Source: Lepidodermella squamata
Taxonomy: Eukaryota > Animalia > Gastrotricha
Direction: 5' to 3'
DNA: 64,000 nucleotides
NCBI GenBank assembly: GCA_047495785.1
Contig: JBLDXI010000015.1
Coordinates: forward strand, 3,534,001-3,598,000
The notes below the pieces were generated by a model, which saw only the letters and a list, made by a program, of their open reading frames with translations, did not search any database and was not told the DNA's origin. Below, piece after piece: positions 49,954 to 58,358 of the stretch. Every line of letters starts with the position of its first letter. Position 1 is the stretch's first letter. The translations under genes were made by a program, and so were the position numbers.

Positions 49954-50105
49954 AGCCGCCATCAAAGCTGCAACGCATTTCAACTTATAAATGTTAAAAT
50001 GTTTCAATATATAAATTGGCTGATTACATCCATTATTTAGTTTGAACATTTGAACTATGGAACATTTAAATATTGAAATATTTTAATTTCTCAAATAAAT
50101 ATAAG

Positions 50106-50363
50106 ATGCTTCGTCGCAAGGTAATAAATCCCGACAAAATCAGCCAAGCAATCCATGAATATCAGAATAGCTCTAAGACAGTAGATAAAATCGCAGCTGA
50201 AGTGGGACTCAGCAGAGGCACGATTTACTATCATTTAGGCAAACAACAACGCGTCTCATCGCTGAAGGGCGGTGGCATCAACGTTAGTCTGATTCCAAAG
50301 GATGTCTCTCATGTCGGCGGCAAGGAAGCTTACCTGCTAAGAAGAAGATTTCTCGGTAAATAA
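50106..50363 (+). CDS. Small helix-turn-helix DNA-binding protein (viral)
   Basis: AIHEYQNSSKTVDKIAAEVGLSRGTIYYHL; AUG in AATATAAGATG context. Confidence 0.7.
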   Translation: MLRRKVINPDKISQAIHEYQNSSKTVDKIAAEVGLSRGTIYYHLGKQQRVSSLKGGGINVSLIPKDVSHVGGKEAYLLRRRFLGK

Positions 50364-50370
50364 TATAAGC

Positions 50371-50706
50371 ATGGAGAAAGGATTTCTTTCATACACAGAG
50401 GTCGATGAAATCGTCGATGAGAAGGATCAAGATATTGACAAACTGAAGCAGGAAGTTGAGATTATCAGCGATCAGTATTCCTCGCTCAAGAGACAGTCCT
50501 CAAATACCCGTATTAAGACTTTGGAGAACGAGAAGGCTGTCATTGAACAGAAATACAGTGATTTGCTGATTGCAAGGGAAAAAGAAGATAACGACCGTAA
50601 GTTACAGAGCCAGAGGCGCAAAGCTGAGCTGTCTGAACGGCGACAGAAAATGAAGTCAGATATAGAGAAATTCATAGCTGAAATGAGGGCGCGACGAGAA
50701 AAATAA
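50371..50706 (+). CDS. Coiled-coil protein (viral), unknown function
   Basis: 111-aa E/K/R-rich heptad pattern; AATATAAGCATG start. Confidence 0.65.
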   Translation: MEKGFLSYTEVDEIVDEKDQDIDKLKQEVEIISDQYSSLKRQSSNTRIKTLENEKAVIEQKYSDLLIAREKEDNDRKLQSQRRKAELSERRQKMKSDIEKFIAEMRARREK

Positions 50707-50724
50707 AAATCGTTTTAATACTTA

Positions 50725-50979
50725 ATGAATACTTACTCGAGTGCCCAAGAAGAAATAATCTCATATATAAAGGTGCTTGTTAGAGAACTTCAGATCGACT
50801 GCTTAAGGACGAACACTCAGCTTCAACGCATTTTTGTTGCATTGAGTGTAATCGCCGCGTTGCTAGGGTATTTTGTAAATAGGGATAGAATTAAAAAGCC
50901 TTCGACCATCAAAGGCAATCATGCTAAAGCAGTTAGAGCACCAAAGAAACGTGTGAAATTTTACTCACCTTTTCGCTAG
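50725..50979 (+). CDS. Small single-TM protein (viral)
   Basis: IFVALSVIAALLGYFV followed by a basic tail. Confidence 0.6.
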   Translation: MNTYSSAQEEIISYIKVLVRELQIDCLRTNTQLQRIFVALSVIAALLGYFVNRDRIKKPSTIKGNHAKAVRAPKKRVKFYSPFR

Positions 50980-50980
50980 C

Positions 50981-51562
50981 TTAAGAGACGTTCACACCGT
51001 GCTTTTTCAGTTCCTCAAGAAATATTTGCGTGCGATCACAATTTAAACTCTTCTGGAGCAACCTTTTCATATCATGGAATTTCTCGTTTTCTCTCATGAT
51101 TACCTGATACTCAGTGTCACTAATGTGGTTATCTTCCAAGGCTGATTTGATCATGTCGCCAATTGAGTTGGCTTTCGACATAGCAAGCGTGGCTATTCGC
51201 TCATGTTTTTCGGCTTTGCGTTCGAACTTCAAGTCAAGCAGGTTGAGAACTAGTATGACCATACCTCCCGAAGCTGCACTGATTTCCAAAAGTAGGCCTG
51301 TGGGAAGGCCCAGTGACATCAGTGCGATTCCACCAATCGCAAGCGATGTTGTGCCGCCCGTAATTCCATGAATAGTAGCTTTGCAAATTGACGAAAAACG
51401 GGAATACCTATTGTAAAGCTTCTTTCTTTTCGATATTTCTGTGTTGAAAACATCATTTAGGCGCCGGAGCTCAGCAAGCCTGAACTCTTGAGTAGAGGAC
51501 ATTTGTAGTCTAGGGGCAGTGGGGTAAATACTTTCTACTGTTTTTAGCTGGTTGTCATTCAT
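50981..51562 (-). CDS. Two-TM membrane-active protein of the type annotated GasderminX in adintoviruses
   Basis: QEFRL.EL....NTEI.KRKKLY..Y, Gly-rich hydrophobic hairpin, K.EKHE.I..LA.SK.NSI...I..AL.D..IS..EY..I..E.EK; first AUG 51562. Confidence 0.6.
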   Translation of the reverse strand: MNDNQLKTVESIYPTAPRLQMSSTQEFRLAELRRLNDVFNTEISKRKKLYNRYSRFSSICKATIHGITGGTTSLAIGGIALMSLGLPTGLLLEISAASGGMVILVLNLLDLKFERKAEKHERIATLAMSKANSIGDMIKSALEDNHISDTEYQVIMRENEKFHDMKRLLQKSLNCDRTQIFLEELKKHGVNVS

Positions 51563-51576
51563 TCTGAATGTATGTA

Positions 51577-52236
51577 TCACGTATTCTTTAGGTTAGAAAT
51601 AATCAAAATGTATGACAGTTGTATGCTTTCGTCAGCTGCTGCAATAACCGTTAAGCTATCATTCAATCGGAATTGCTCTATAAAGGAACAGTATTCATTG
51701 CTACTCTCCAAATTAATATTGTTATAGTTGAAGTATTTCGAGAACAAGTTACCGTTGTTTTTGAAGAAATCAAGAGTGAAGGATGTGGCTCTGTTGTCGT
51801 CCAGCCGGAACCACATTTCCACTCTGGCTGTAACGTCCGCTCGAAACACTAAGCTATCGCTTACTTCAGGCATTCCGGAAATCATGTTATCAAAACTTAG
51901 CTTATTCTCGCGCGAAAGAGAAACCTTGCCAGAGCATATCAATCTGGAATCCCGAATCGCGCCATCGTTTGGATTTATTGGTGGATGGATGTTCGTGAGC
52001 CTAGCATTTTTAAAGTCAACAGTCTGATCGGATTGAATCATTAAACAACTTCGCTCAACCCAATTTTTACTAACAGCATCGTTGTCGAAAACGGGACCAC
52101 CCAAATTTTCGATGCAGTAGCTATTCGCGTTTAGGTTTGCCGCAAATGGAGTACTGCCGTCTGCCCTCAAATAAATTGCTGCCTGTCGTGCATTTTCAAA
52201 CCATTCACTAGGAATGAATATTTCATTCGATCTCAT
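51577..52236 (-). CDS. Putative fibre/spike protein
   Basis: Two copies of a (I/L).N(L/I)..P....D(A/G) stalk motif and a beta-rich C-terminal head. Confidence 0.5.
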   Translation of the reverse strand: MRSNEIFIPSEWFENARQAAIYLRADGSTPFAANLNANSYCIENLGGPVFDNDAVSKNWVERSCLMIQSDQTVDFKNARLTNIHPPINPNDGAIRDSRLICSGKVSLSRENKLSFDNMISGMPEVSDSLVFRADVTARVEMWFRLDDNRATSFTLDFFKNNGNLFSKYFNYNNINLESSNEYCSFIEQFRLNDSLTVIAAADESIQLSYILIISNLKNT

Positions 52237-52729
52237 AATGAGCGATGACTAGATTATACTTATTCCGCCATTGCCTCAGCGTCTTATCGTTAACCGATTT
52301 CACGTGTACGCTCTGTGCCACAAGGTCGTAGCCATGTTCCTGAGCCAGAGCTTTGATAACAAAGTCAAGGTGCATCATATTTTGATCGGGAAAGAGTTCT
52401 GCATAGCCCGAGTCAAACTTAATAAAGCTCGACATCAACCTCTCAAGTTGAGGAGGTAGCATTTCTATACCGCGCTTTTTAATTACAGTCATTAAATGCC
52501 ATTTTCGTTTGTAAGGTACTAATTTGAATGGCGGGGAGTGCTCACAGTATGGATAGCATAAACCGCAGTTTGGGCATACGTTGAAATTCGCCCTTTCGTC
52601 AAGCAAAAGTTCTGTGGCACACGCATCGCAATACACGTAAGGCATAGTAGAAAATGTCTTTCTCACTGATTTGGAATTCTCAAATATATCTATCAGTTTC
52701 TTCAATTCATCTTCAACGGACGCTTGCAT
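52223..52729 (-). CDS. VLTF3-like late transcription factor with N-terminal Zn ribbon
   Basis: CDAC...CPNCG then PYKRKWHL (cf. VLTF3 YKR..HF), N.....FVI..L, K....L..W. Confidence 0.6.
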   Translation of the reverse strand: MQASVEDELKKLIDIFENSKSVRKTFSTMPYVYCDACATELLLDERANFNVCPNCGLCYPYCEHSPPFKLVPYKRKWHLMTVIKKRGIEMLPPQLERLMSSFIKFDSGYAELFPDQNMMHLDFVIKALAQEHGYDLVAQSVHVKSVNDKTLRQWRNKYNLVIAHYEIE

Positions 52730-52892
52730 CCTTTTTATCTACGATGGCATTTCTCTTTAACACTCTTATGAATTTATACTTTGTCATACCGCAGAGTGTA
52801 CAAGATCCTGTCCTGATCGCTCTGTTATTACGAGTTGCTAATTGCTGCTCATTCACTGTATTAGTGTTTTTCCTACAATGCAGGCAATACAT
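52713..52892 (-). CDS. 59-aa zinc-ribbon protein (DUF5679-like), below ORF-track threshold
   Basis: MYCLHCRKNT...TRNNRAIRTGSCTLCGMTKYKF; fills the gap between the protease and VLTF3-like genes exactly. Confidence 0.75.
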   Translation of the reverse strand: MYCLHCRKNTNTVNEQQLATRNNRAIRTGSCTLCGMTKYKFIRVLKRNAIVDKKDASVR

Positions 52893-52894
52893 AT

Positions 52895-53353
52895 CTAGCT
52901 TAACAATAGATTTTTCAGTAAGTCATCATTGTGCGGCGACCCAGTGTTATTGAAGTCCAGCAAAATAGCTAACTTATCCCTACCTTTAGCTAGTTCTCTT
53001 AGAAAGTAAATGGCATAGAAGCCACATGCAACAGAGCCAGGATGCTGTATATCGTGTGTGGAATACCAAATTACTCGTTTTCCACGACGCTGAATGATCT
53101 CATTAGGGCATATAAACCCGAAGCTATCGAAGTAGATTATTTCAGTCGACTTCACAGCCATTGAGACCCAATGACTTCCGCGGTTAACTTTATCGTCCAG
53201 GTTAATGACGTAATATCCTCGTTGAAGTGTAGCAGGAAGGTCGTCCCGAGCGTAACAGCCCTTGAAGTCGTTTCCGAGAAGCCTCTTTAAAGCTTCGGTT
53301 ATCTCAAGATTGGATAGAGGATAAAACCCGCGATTTTTCAGTTTTTTTCCCAC
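52895..53353 (-). CDS. Adenain-like cysteine maturation protease; no in-frame AUG ahead of the catalytic His
   Basis: VINLD....GSHWV, YFDSFG, IQ...SVACGFY (His/Asp/Gln/Cys intact). Confidence 0.9.
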   Translation of the reverse strand: MGKKLKNRGFYPLSNLEITEALKRLLGNDFKGCYARDDLPATLQRGYYVINLDDKVNRGSHWVSMAVKSTEIIYFDSFGFICPNEIIQRRGKRVIWYSTHDIQHPGSVACGFYAIYFLRELAKGRDKLAILLDFNNTGSPHNDDLLKNLLLS

Positions 53354-53916
53354 GGCATGTAAACCCCTTTTCCGAATAAGGTCGGAAGAAATGCACCCAG
53401 TAAGCTTGATACAAGCGGCAATATAAAAGCTCCACCCTGTTGCTCTATGTGGCTTTTAATTGCCTTGCTACTGCCAGCAGGCACAATTTGTCGGGACTCC
53501 AGAAGCGAAACCGCCTTTTGCAGTTCATCTAAATCCTCTTTTGGTATTGTCAGCGACACGCCTTTGCCTACGATCTTGTCAGCTGCTGTACTGGCGAGGG
53601 AACTGGCAAGGCCGCTCAGCGCTGCAACGGCTACAGGGGCTATAAATTTAGAAGCTGTGGCAAGCGCTGGTAACAGGAACCCGCCAGACTGATTCTTCCG
53701 GAGCTGAGTTTTGCTCAGTTTAATATCAAGCCCTTTCATCCTTTGTTTGCTCTTCATTACTTTATCTATCTGCCTTTGCGTCAACAACAACTTGGAACCA
53801 TTTGGATCTGCAAGAAGCTGATCAATTGTGAAACGCAATACAACTTGGCCTGGTTTTTGAAATGCTCTTCTCTGGGTCTCTGTTAGTTTAATGTCGAATG
53901 GAATGTATTTAGTCAT
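53338..53916 (-). CDS. Virion core/membrane-active precursor (adenovirus pX/pVI-like) with multiple adenain sites
   Basis: LLLTQRQI.K, DIKLSKTQL, QSGG|FLLPAL, IVGKG|V, QQGG|AF, LFGKG|V; amphipathic segments. Confidence 0.75.
   Translation of the reverse strand: MTKYIPFDIKLTETQRRAFQKPGQVVLRFTIDQLLADPNGSKLLLTQRQIDKVMKSKQRMKGLDIKLSKTQLRKNQSGGFLLPALATASKFIAPVAVAALSGLASSLASTAADKIVGKGVSLTIPKEDLDELQKAVSLLESRQIVPAGSSKAIKSHIEQQGGAFILPLVSSLLGAFLPTLFGKGVYMPWEKN
53341..53347 (-). promoter_or_regulatory. Candidate -1 ribosomal frameshift slippery heptamer A_AAA_AAC
   Basis: Minus strand TGG GAA AAA AAC TGA: X_XXY_YYZ in frame immediately before the core-protein stop; the protease ORF is in the -1 frame. 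Confidence 0.6.
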
Positions 53917-53937
53917 TATTATTCTAAGTTAGAAAAT

Positions 53938-55311
53938 TCACAGCATGTTAAGGCTTATCTCGAGCTTATCGTCTTTGTAGTTGAAGCCTATTTCTTTTTC
54001 CCTAAAAATGAAACAAAACATAACTAATGGCTTATCGACAGGACTGATTCTAGCTTTAAATGTGACACTCACGCTTTGGTCACCGCGTGAATTATATATA
54101 GCACCGGCATCTACACTTTCCAGATTGAATGCCAGGAAACGGTAAAATCGACAAAAATCAAGGTAACTAAGCTGACTACCAGTGTTCGTGCTTTCGCGAT
54201 CGTTGAAATGGTTCATGTTTTCCTTAATATAGTTATAGAGCCGGTGAGCGTTGAAGCGTGAAAAGTTCATGTTGGCCTCGGCAAACGCCTCCTTATTGTT
54301 TATCATGAGAGAGTAGCTGAATATATTCCATTGAGTGTAAATTTGTGTCAGTTTAGTTTGATACTCTGCGTCTGAGAAGTCTTGCAAGAATACAATATAC
54401 AGCCAGCTTGGTTTTTTCATCTCAGATGTGATTGTCCATTGTACTGAAGAACTATTCACAGCAAACTGGGGGCTCTGAAAGCATTCTAGCGATTGCCATT
54501 TGTAAACTTTCGTGAGACCCGTATTGAAAGCTTTCAAAATGCGTGCTCTAGTTTCAGGCATCAATGTGACTTCCGGAATAAACATATAAGCTGAAGAAAT
54601 CTGGAAATGCATCCCTTCCGGCAAATCATCGTTTTTCCCTATGGCTGCGACTATGGGTTTGGTGTAATTTGGTGTTAATATCACTCGAAATCTCGCCTTG
54701 GTCCACATCCCAAAATAATTTTGGAAGAAAGGAATGTCCCTTAAGTAAAGTGTGACAACCATCTTATGATCTTTAACATACAAGGATCTCAAGAGTAGTC
54801 CCTCGTTGCAGCTGTTCTTCGCAGGATCGAAACTTTCTGCTGTAACTTCAGGAGTCATTTCATAATTGACATGGGCTGGGTAGTCTCTGGCGAAAAGAGA
54901 TTCTTCCCCAAGACTTCGCGCGTAGTCATCCGACCAGTGAATAACGCCCAGCAACGAGCTCCAGTGTTCGTTATAACGTGTTTGCTCTACCTGGTTATCA
55001 TTATCACCTACTTGCACTTCAACTGTTTCAAACATGGATATAACATGGTTCCTAATTGCGTACTTGTCGGTTGCTTTGAAAGCCTGACTATCGTTTCGCC
55101 GGAACTCAACACTCAATTGAATATAGGCTTCCCTCGGCAATAAAAACAACTCACGCAAGTTATATGTAGAAAAGATAAGGCGAGAAGGCTGAGAGGGCTG
55201 ATCCTGTATAAAACTTGTTGCACAAACCTCGGCCCAGCTTTTCCTTTCGAACTGCCGATCATCTATGGTCGGACTCTCAAAGAGACAGTTCACTATTTCG
55301 GATTGAAGCAT
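53938..55311 (-). CDS. Major capsid protein (double jelly-roll, hexon-like)
   Basis: 457 aa, beta-rich; LLPREAYIQL, ISSAYMFIPEVTL, KPSWLYIVF; position in the morphogenesis module. Confidence 0.8.
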   Translation of the reverse strand: MLQSEIVNCLFESPTIDDRQFERKSWAEVCATSFIQDQPSQPSRLIFSTYNLRELFLLPREAYIQLSVEFRRNDSQAFKATDKYAIRNHVISMFETVEVQVGDNDNQVEQTRYNEHWSSLLGVIHWSDDYARSLGEESLFARDYPAHVNYEMTPEVTAESFDPAKNSCNEGLLLRSLYVKDHKMVVTLYLRDIPFFQNYFGMWTKARFRVILTPNYTKPIVAAIGKNDDLPEGMHFQISSAYMFIPEVTLMPETRARILKAFNTGLTKVYKWQSLECFQSPQFAVNSSSVQWTITSEMKKPSWLYIVFLQDFSDAEYQTKLTQIYTQWNIFSYSLMINNKEAFAEANMNFSRFNAHRLYNYIKENMNHFNDRESTNTGSQLSYLDFCRFYRFLAFNLESVDAGAIYNSRGDQSVSVTFKARISPVDKPLVMFCFIFREKEIGFNYKDDKLEISLNML

Positions 55312-55330
55312 TTAAATAGGCATTAGATAT

Positions 55331-55630
55331 TTAGCGTATCAGCTTAAAGCCAGTTCCAGTGTAATTATCGATGTCTCTTTTGATTTTCTTCTCTAGCTCC
55401 TCAATAGCGTGGATAGAGCGCTCAGCTTGTTTTGCCGGCAGCACTTTGTCTGCAAGTTTGTTCGCGGCATAGGCACCTATTTTGTCACCGGCAACTTCCG
55501 CTGCCTTTGATAGAGCTGATTTGGCCAAAGTCTGAACCGGTAAGAGACCGGTAAATCTGTCGAGCATATTTTTTGCGATGTCTACATAACCGCGTCCTAC
55601 GACATATGCTTTTGTTCTGCGATTTTTCAT
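55331..55630 (-). CDS. Small basic/amphipathic core protein (cupiennin-like of adintoviruses)
   Basis: VVGRG|YVDIAKNM...SKAAEVAGDKIG..ANKLADKV; terminal YTGTG|F; first AUG 55630. Confidence 0.65.
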   Translation of the reverse strand: MKNRRTKAYVVGRGYVDIAKNMLDRFTGLLPVQTLAKSALSKAAEVAGDKIGAYAANKLADKVLPAKQAERSIHAIEELEKKIKRDIDNYTGTGFKLIR

Positions 55631-55652
55631 TATAACAAAGTAACTAGAAAAG

Positions 55653-56393
55653 CTAGCGAATATCAAGACCAATACCCCATTTTCTTTCAGTCATCTCCAG
55701 TGGTGCACCAGCCTGGGTGGTGAGCGTTATTTTTATGTTTTGTGTATTAGCATTCGTACAGGACAAGTAGCGTTTCTCATTTGGAACAATGTTAACGTGT
55801 TGACCGAAATTTTTGTTAATCGGACAGGTGAAGATGACATCACTAACCTCCGGGACTAGGCTATTATTGACGACGTTACAGTGAACAAACATCGAGTCAT
55901 TTGACATCGTGATGTTAGGAATATGCTGCCCATTAAAATCTGCCCGGAATTCGCCTTTGTCTACACCTAGAAATTCAGACGTAGCATCATGCTCGATCAG
56001 AAGAGCGTAACCTGGTTGAATTCGAAAGCTCAGTTTATTCAGAACAGTATTGACAGACAAGCTTATGCCGTAAACTTCTGAGCCGTCGATGGTCTTGAAA
56101 TGGCCGTTTCCCTTCATAACAAAGTGAATATAATTGTTATAATCACGAAAAGTGAAGGTTCCATCAGGAAATCGTATTTCAAAAGTTTCGTCTTCTGGAT
56201 CTTTATATCTGAGCTTACTATTACCTGAAGCATGTGATACATTATAAAAAACATCGTAAAAGTGAATGTAGGAAACGGCGATGCTGCGCTTTGTGAAATC
56301 GATCTTATCATTCAGGTAACGATCGATGACGTTGCTGGCGTCCGACCTGTTATTGCAGTAATATTCCAAAGGCAGAAATATTGGATCACCCAT
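55653..56393 (-). CDS. Minor capsid protein (penton, single jelly-roll)
   Basis: FYNVS....N....Y, FPDG.F...D.N, FVHCNVV.NS, DVIFT, FG..V...P, I.I.LT.Q.G. Confidence 0.8.
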   Translation of the reverse strand: MGDPIFLPLEYYCNNRSDASNVIDRYLNDKIDFTKRSIAVSYIHFYDVFYNVSHASGNSKLRYKDPEDETFEIRFPDGTFTFRDYNNYIHFVMKGNGHFKTIDGSEVYGISLSVNTVLNKLSFRIQPGYALLIEHDATSEFLGVDKGEFRADFNGQHIPNITMSNDSMFVHCNVVNNSLVPEVSDVIFTCPINKNFGQHVNIVPNEKRYLSCTNANTQNIKITLTTQAGAPLEMTERKWGIGLDIR

Positions 56394-57489
56394 TTACCAT
56401 TGTTATTAGATTTTCGTATTCAGCTTTGGTCAATCTATTGTTCTTCAAAAGAAAATCTGCAATGCTCACAACTTCGTTATATATTTCAGCGTTATTGTTT
56501 CCCGCTCTGATTTCACCAATCGCGTTTACAAGCCTCTTTTGGGCATCAACAACATCAGTTACGTAAATTCTGTTCCAGATTTTAGAATGGGGTTTGGGTC
56601 GATATCCAGTCAGTTCACAAATTTTTTGATATTGATCATAGTCTTGCTTAGAAAAGTTCACCTTCGGATTGTACCTTTTCAAGAGCAATTGTTTGACACC
56701 ATCACTTATGTCTATATCGGCTAAACCTTGCACTTTACCTTTATTCTTCTTGCGAATCCTTAAAACCCCCCGCTTTATGTCGTCTTTTCTGGCGTAAAAC
56801 CTACCAATTTTCAAATAATTGTTGGATATACCTGTACCAGATTTCTCAAGTAGCACCCGTTGATTCTCAAAAGTCTCAAGCAACGAGTTCTTGAAGTTTT
56901 TCAAAATTTGTATATCATTTTGAATCGATTGATACTGTGGAGAGTCTTTGTATCCTTTTTTAGTGAGTTGAGCTAATTGGGAGCCCAAAACATTTTTATT
57001 ATAGTGCGAAAGAGATACAATAATATGCGCGGGATCAGCCCCAGCCTCTTCAATCTCTTTAGCTGTGGGGAAGTTATGTCTCTTCAAAACTATGTTCTCC
57101 ACTGATTCCTTCGCCTCTTCAGTTGTCGGCTCCGCCTTTGGTAATACCGCTTCCAGACGATGCGGGTGATTAGCTGTTGGTAAGCTTCTCTTTGCTGTTT
57201 GTTTGAGCTCCTTGGCAACTGATCTTATTGCTTCCACAGTTGGCATCTGCCTGTAAGTCTCTTGCAAAGCTGTAAGGGGATCGGGTTCAACATTTACACT
57301 ATGCTTATACTTTAAAGCATATACATCGCCTTTAACCATGGCCAAGTGTCGGTCGTACATCTTTTCCTGCTTATCTAAATCTTCAAGAATTCGAATTTGT
57401 TCATCAGTTGTTAATTCGCGTAGCGGCATATCACTCTGACTAGAATAAATCGCTCCTTGTTCGCCCAGCGGTCGCTCCTCGTTAGCCAC
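56386..57489 (-). CDS. Conserved Polinton protein of unknown function; start uncertain
   Basis: C-terminal KRL...GEIRAGNNN..I.NE...I.D.L motif seen in Polinton proteins; internal KSGTG|I; ORF track start is GTG, first AUG about 20 codons later. Confidence 0.7.
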   Translation of the reverse strand: MANEERPLGEQGAIYSSQSDMPLRELTTDEQIRILEDLDKQEKMYDRHLAMVKGDVYALKYKHSVNVEPDPLTALQETYRQMPTVEAIRSVAKELKQTAKRSLPTANHPHRLEAVLPKAEPTTEEAKESVENIVLKRHNFPTAKEIEEAGADPAHIIVSLSHYNKNVLGSQLAQLTKKGYKDSPQYQSIQNDIQILKNFKNSLLETFENQRVLLEKSGTGISNNYLKIGRFYARKDDIKRGVLRIRKKNKGKVQGLADIDISDGVKQLLLKRYNPKVNFSKQDYDQYQKICELTGYRPKPHSKIWNRIYVTDVVDAQKRLVNAIGEIRAGNNNAEIYNEVVSIADFLLKNNRLTKAEYENLITMVNG

Positions 57490-57629
57490 ATGATCGCTTT
57501 TTGAACGCCAAATGATCGCCCATTGAACGCTCAGTTGAACTCATCTTATATTGGAGATAATCAGCAAAGCTAAGATAATTCAAACTGTTTGATAGATAAT
57601 TTAAACTAATTTCTAATAGCTAAAAATGA

Positions 57630-58322
57630 TTAGGCGAAGATTGAAGCGTAGTTAGCTCTTAGTCTTAGACACTGTGGCTTGCTTTGACCGTCAATGATAA
57701 ACGAACCATGAGGAAGGCTTACGGCTTCATTGTACTTGGCAATAAACTCTGTTGTCTTAATTGAGGGGGCGTATATTCGATGAATTAGGCTCAGCTCCCT
57801 GTTGTCTGCCAGCTTCTTCAGCACAACAAAATCGGCATTATCCCTAATTGTCTTTGGGATCTTAAAATATGACTGCGAAAGATAAAAGGCTGACGCGTTG
57901 TATTTTCGGCATCTTATCCACATTGCACCGATATGTGTTTCTTGCAGCTTCTTTTGCTCCATGCAGATATCGTCGAAAGCATAAGCATGCTGGAAACTTT
58001 TATCCAGGCTCTCAAGAGGCATGACTTCAGAAATGTCATTGGAAGAGTGAACAAGGCTTACTGAAATTCCTTGCTTGGAAAGAATGTCTTCCTTTTGTTT
58101 CTGAAGCCTAATCAAGTACTCGTACTTGTCCTCATCTAGAGTTTTACTATATAAGTAGATCTTGTGAAAAAATGAGTTATGCAGTATAGTCAAAAGATCT
58201 GAAGTCTTTCCGGTCCCGGACGGTCCAATAATAAGACATCGAAAAGGATGCTGAGGGAAAAAGGGCGATCCATTTTTGTACTCCTGTCGCTGTGATTGAA
58301 CGATGCTGTCCCAATTAATCAT
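57630..58322 (-). CDS. A32/FtsK-like genome packaging ATPase
   Basis: PFRCLIIGPSGTGKT (Walker A), YAFDD (Walker B), RCRKYN, LSQSYF.IPKTIRDN. Confidence 0.92.
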   Translation of the reverse strand: MINWDSIVQSQRQEYKNGSPFFPQHPFRCLIIGPSGTGKTSDLLTILHNSFFHKIYLYSKTLDEDKYEYLIRLQKQKEDILSKQGISVSLVHSSNDISEVMPLESLDKSFQHAYAFDDICMEQKKLQETHIGAMWIRCRKYNASAFYLSQSYFKIPKTIRDNADFVVLKKLADNRELSLIHRIYAPSIKTTEFIAKYNEAVSLPHGSFIIDGQSKPQCLRLRANYASIFA

Positions 58323-58358
58323 TTGCTCTTTATTTAGATTTTCAAGTCCTAATGAATA

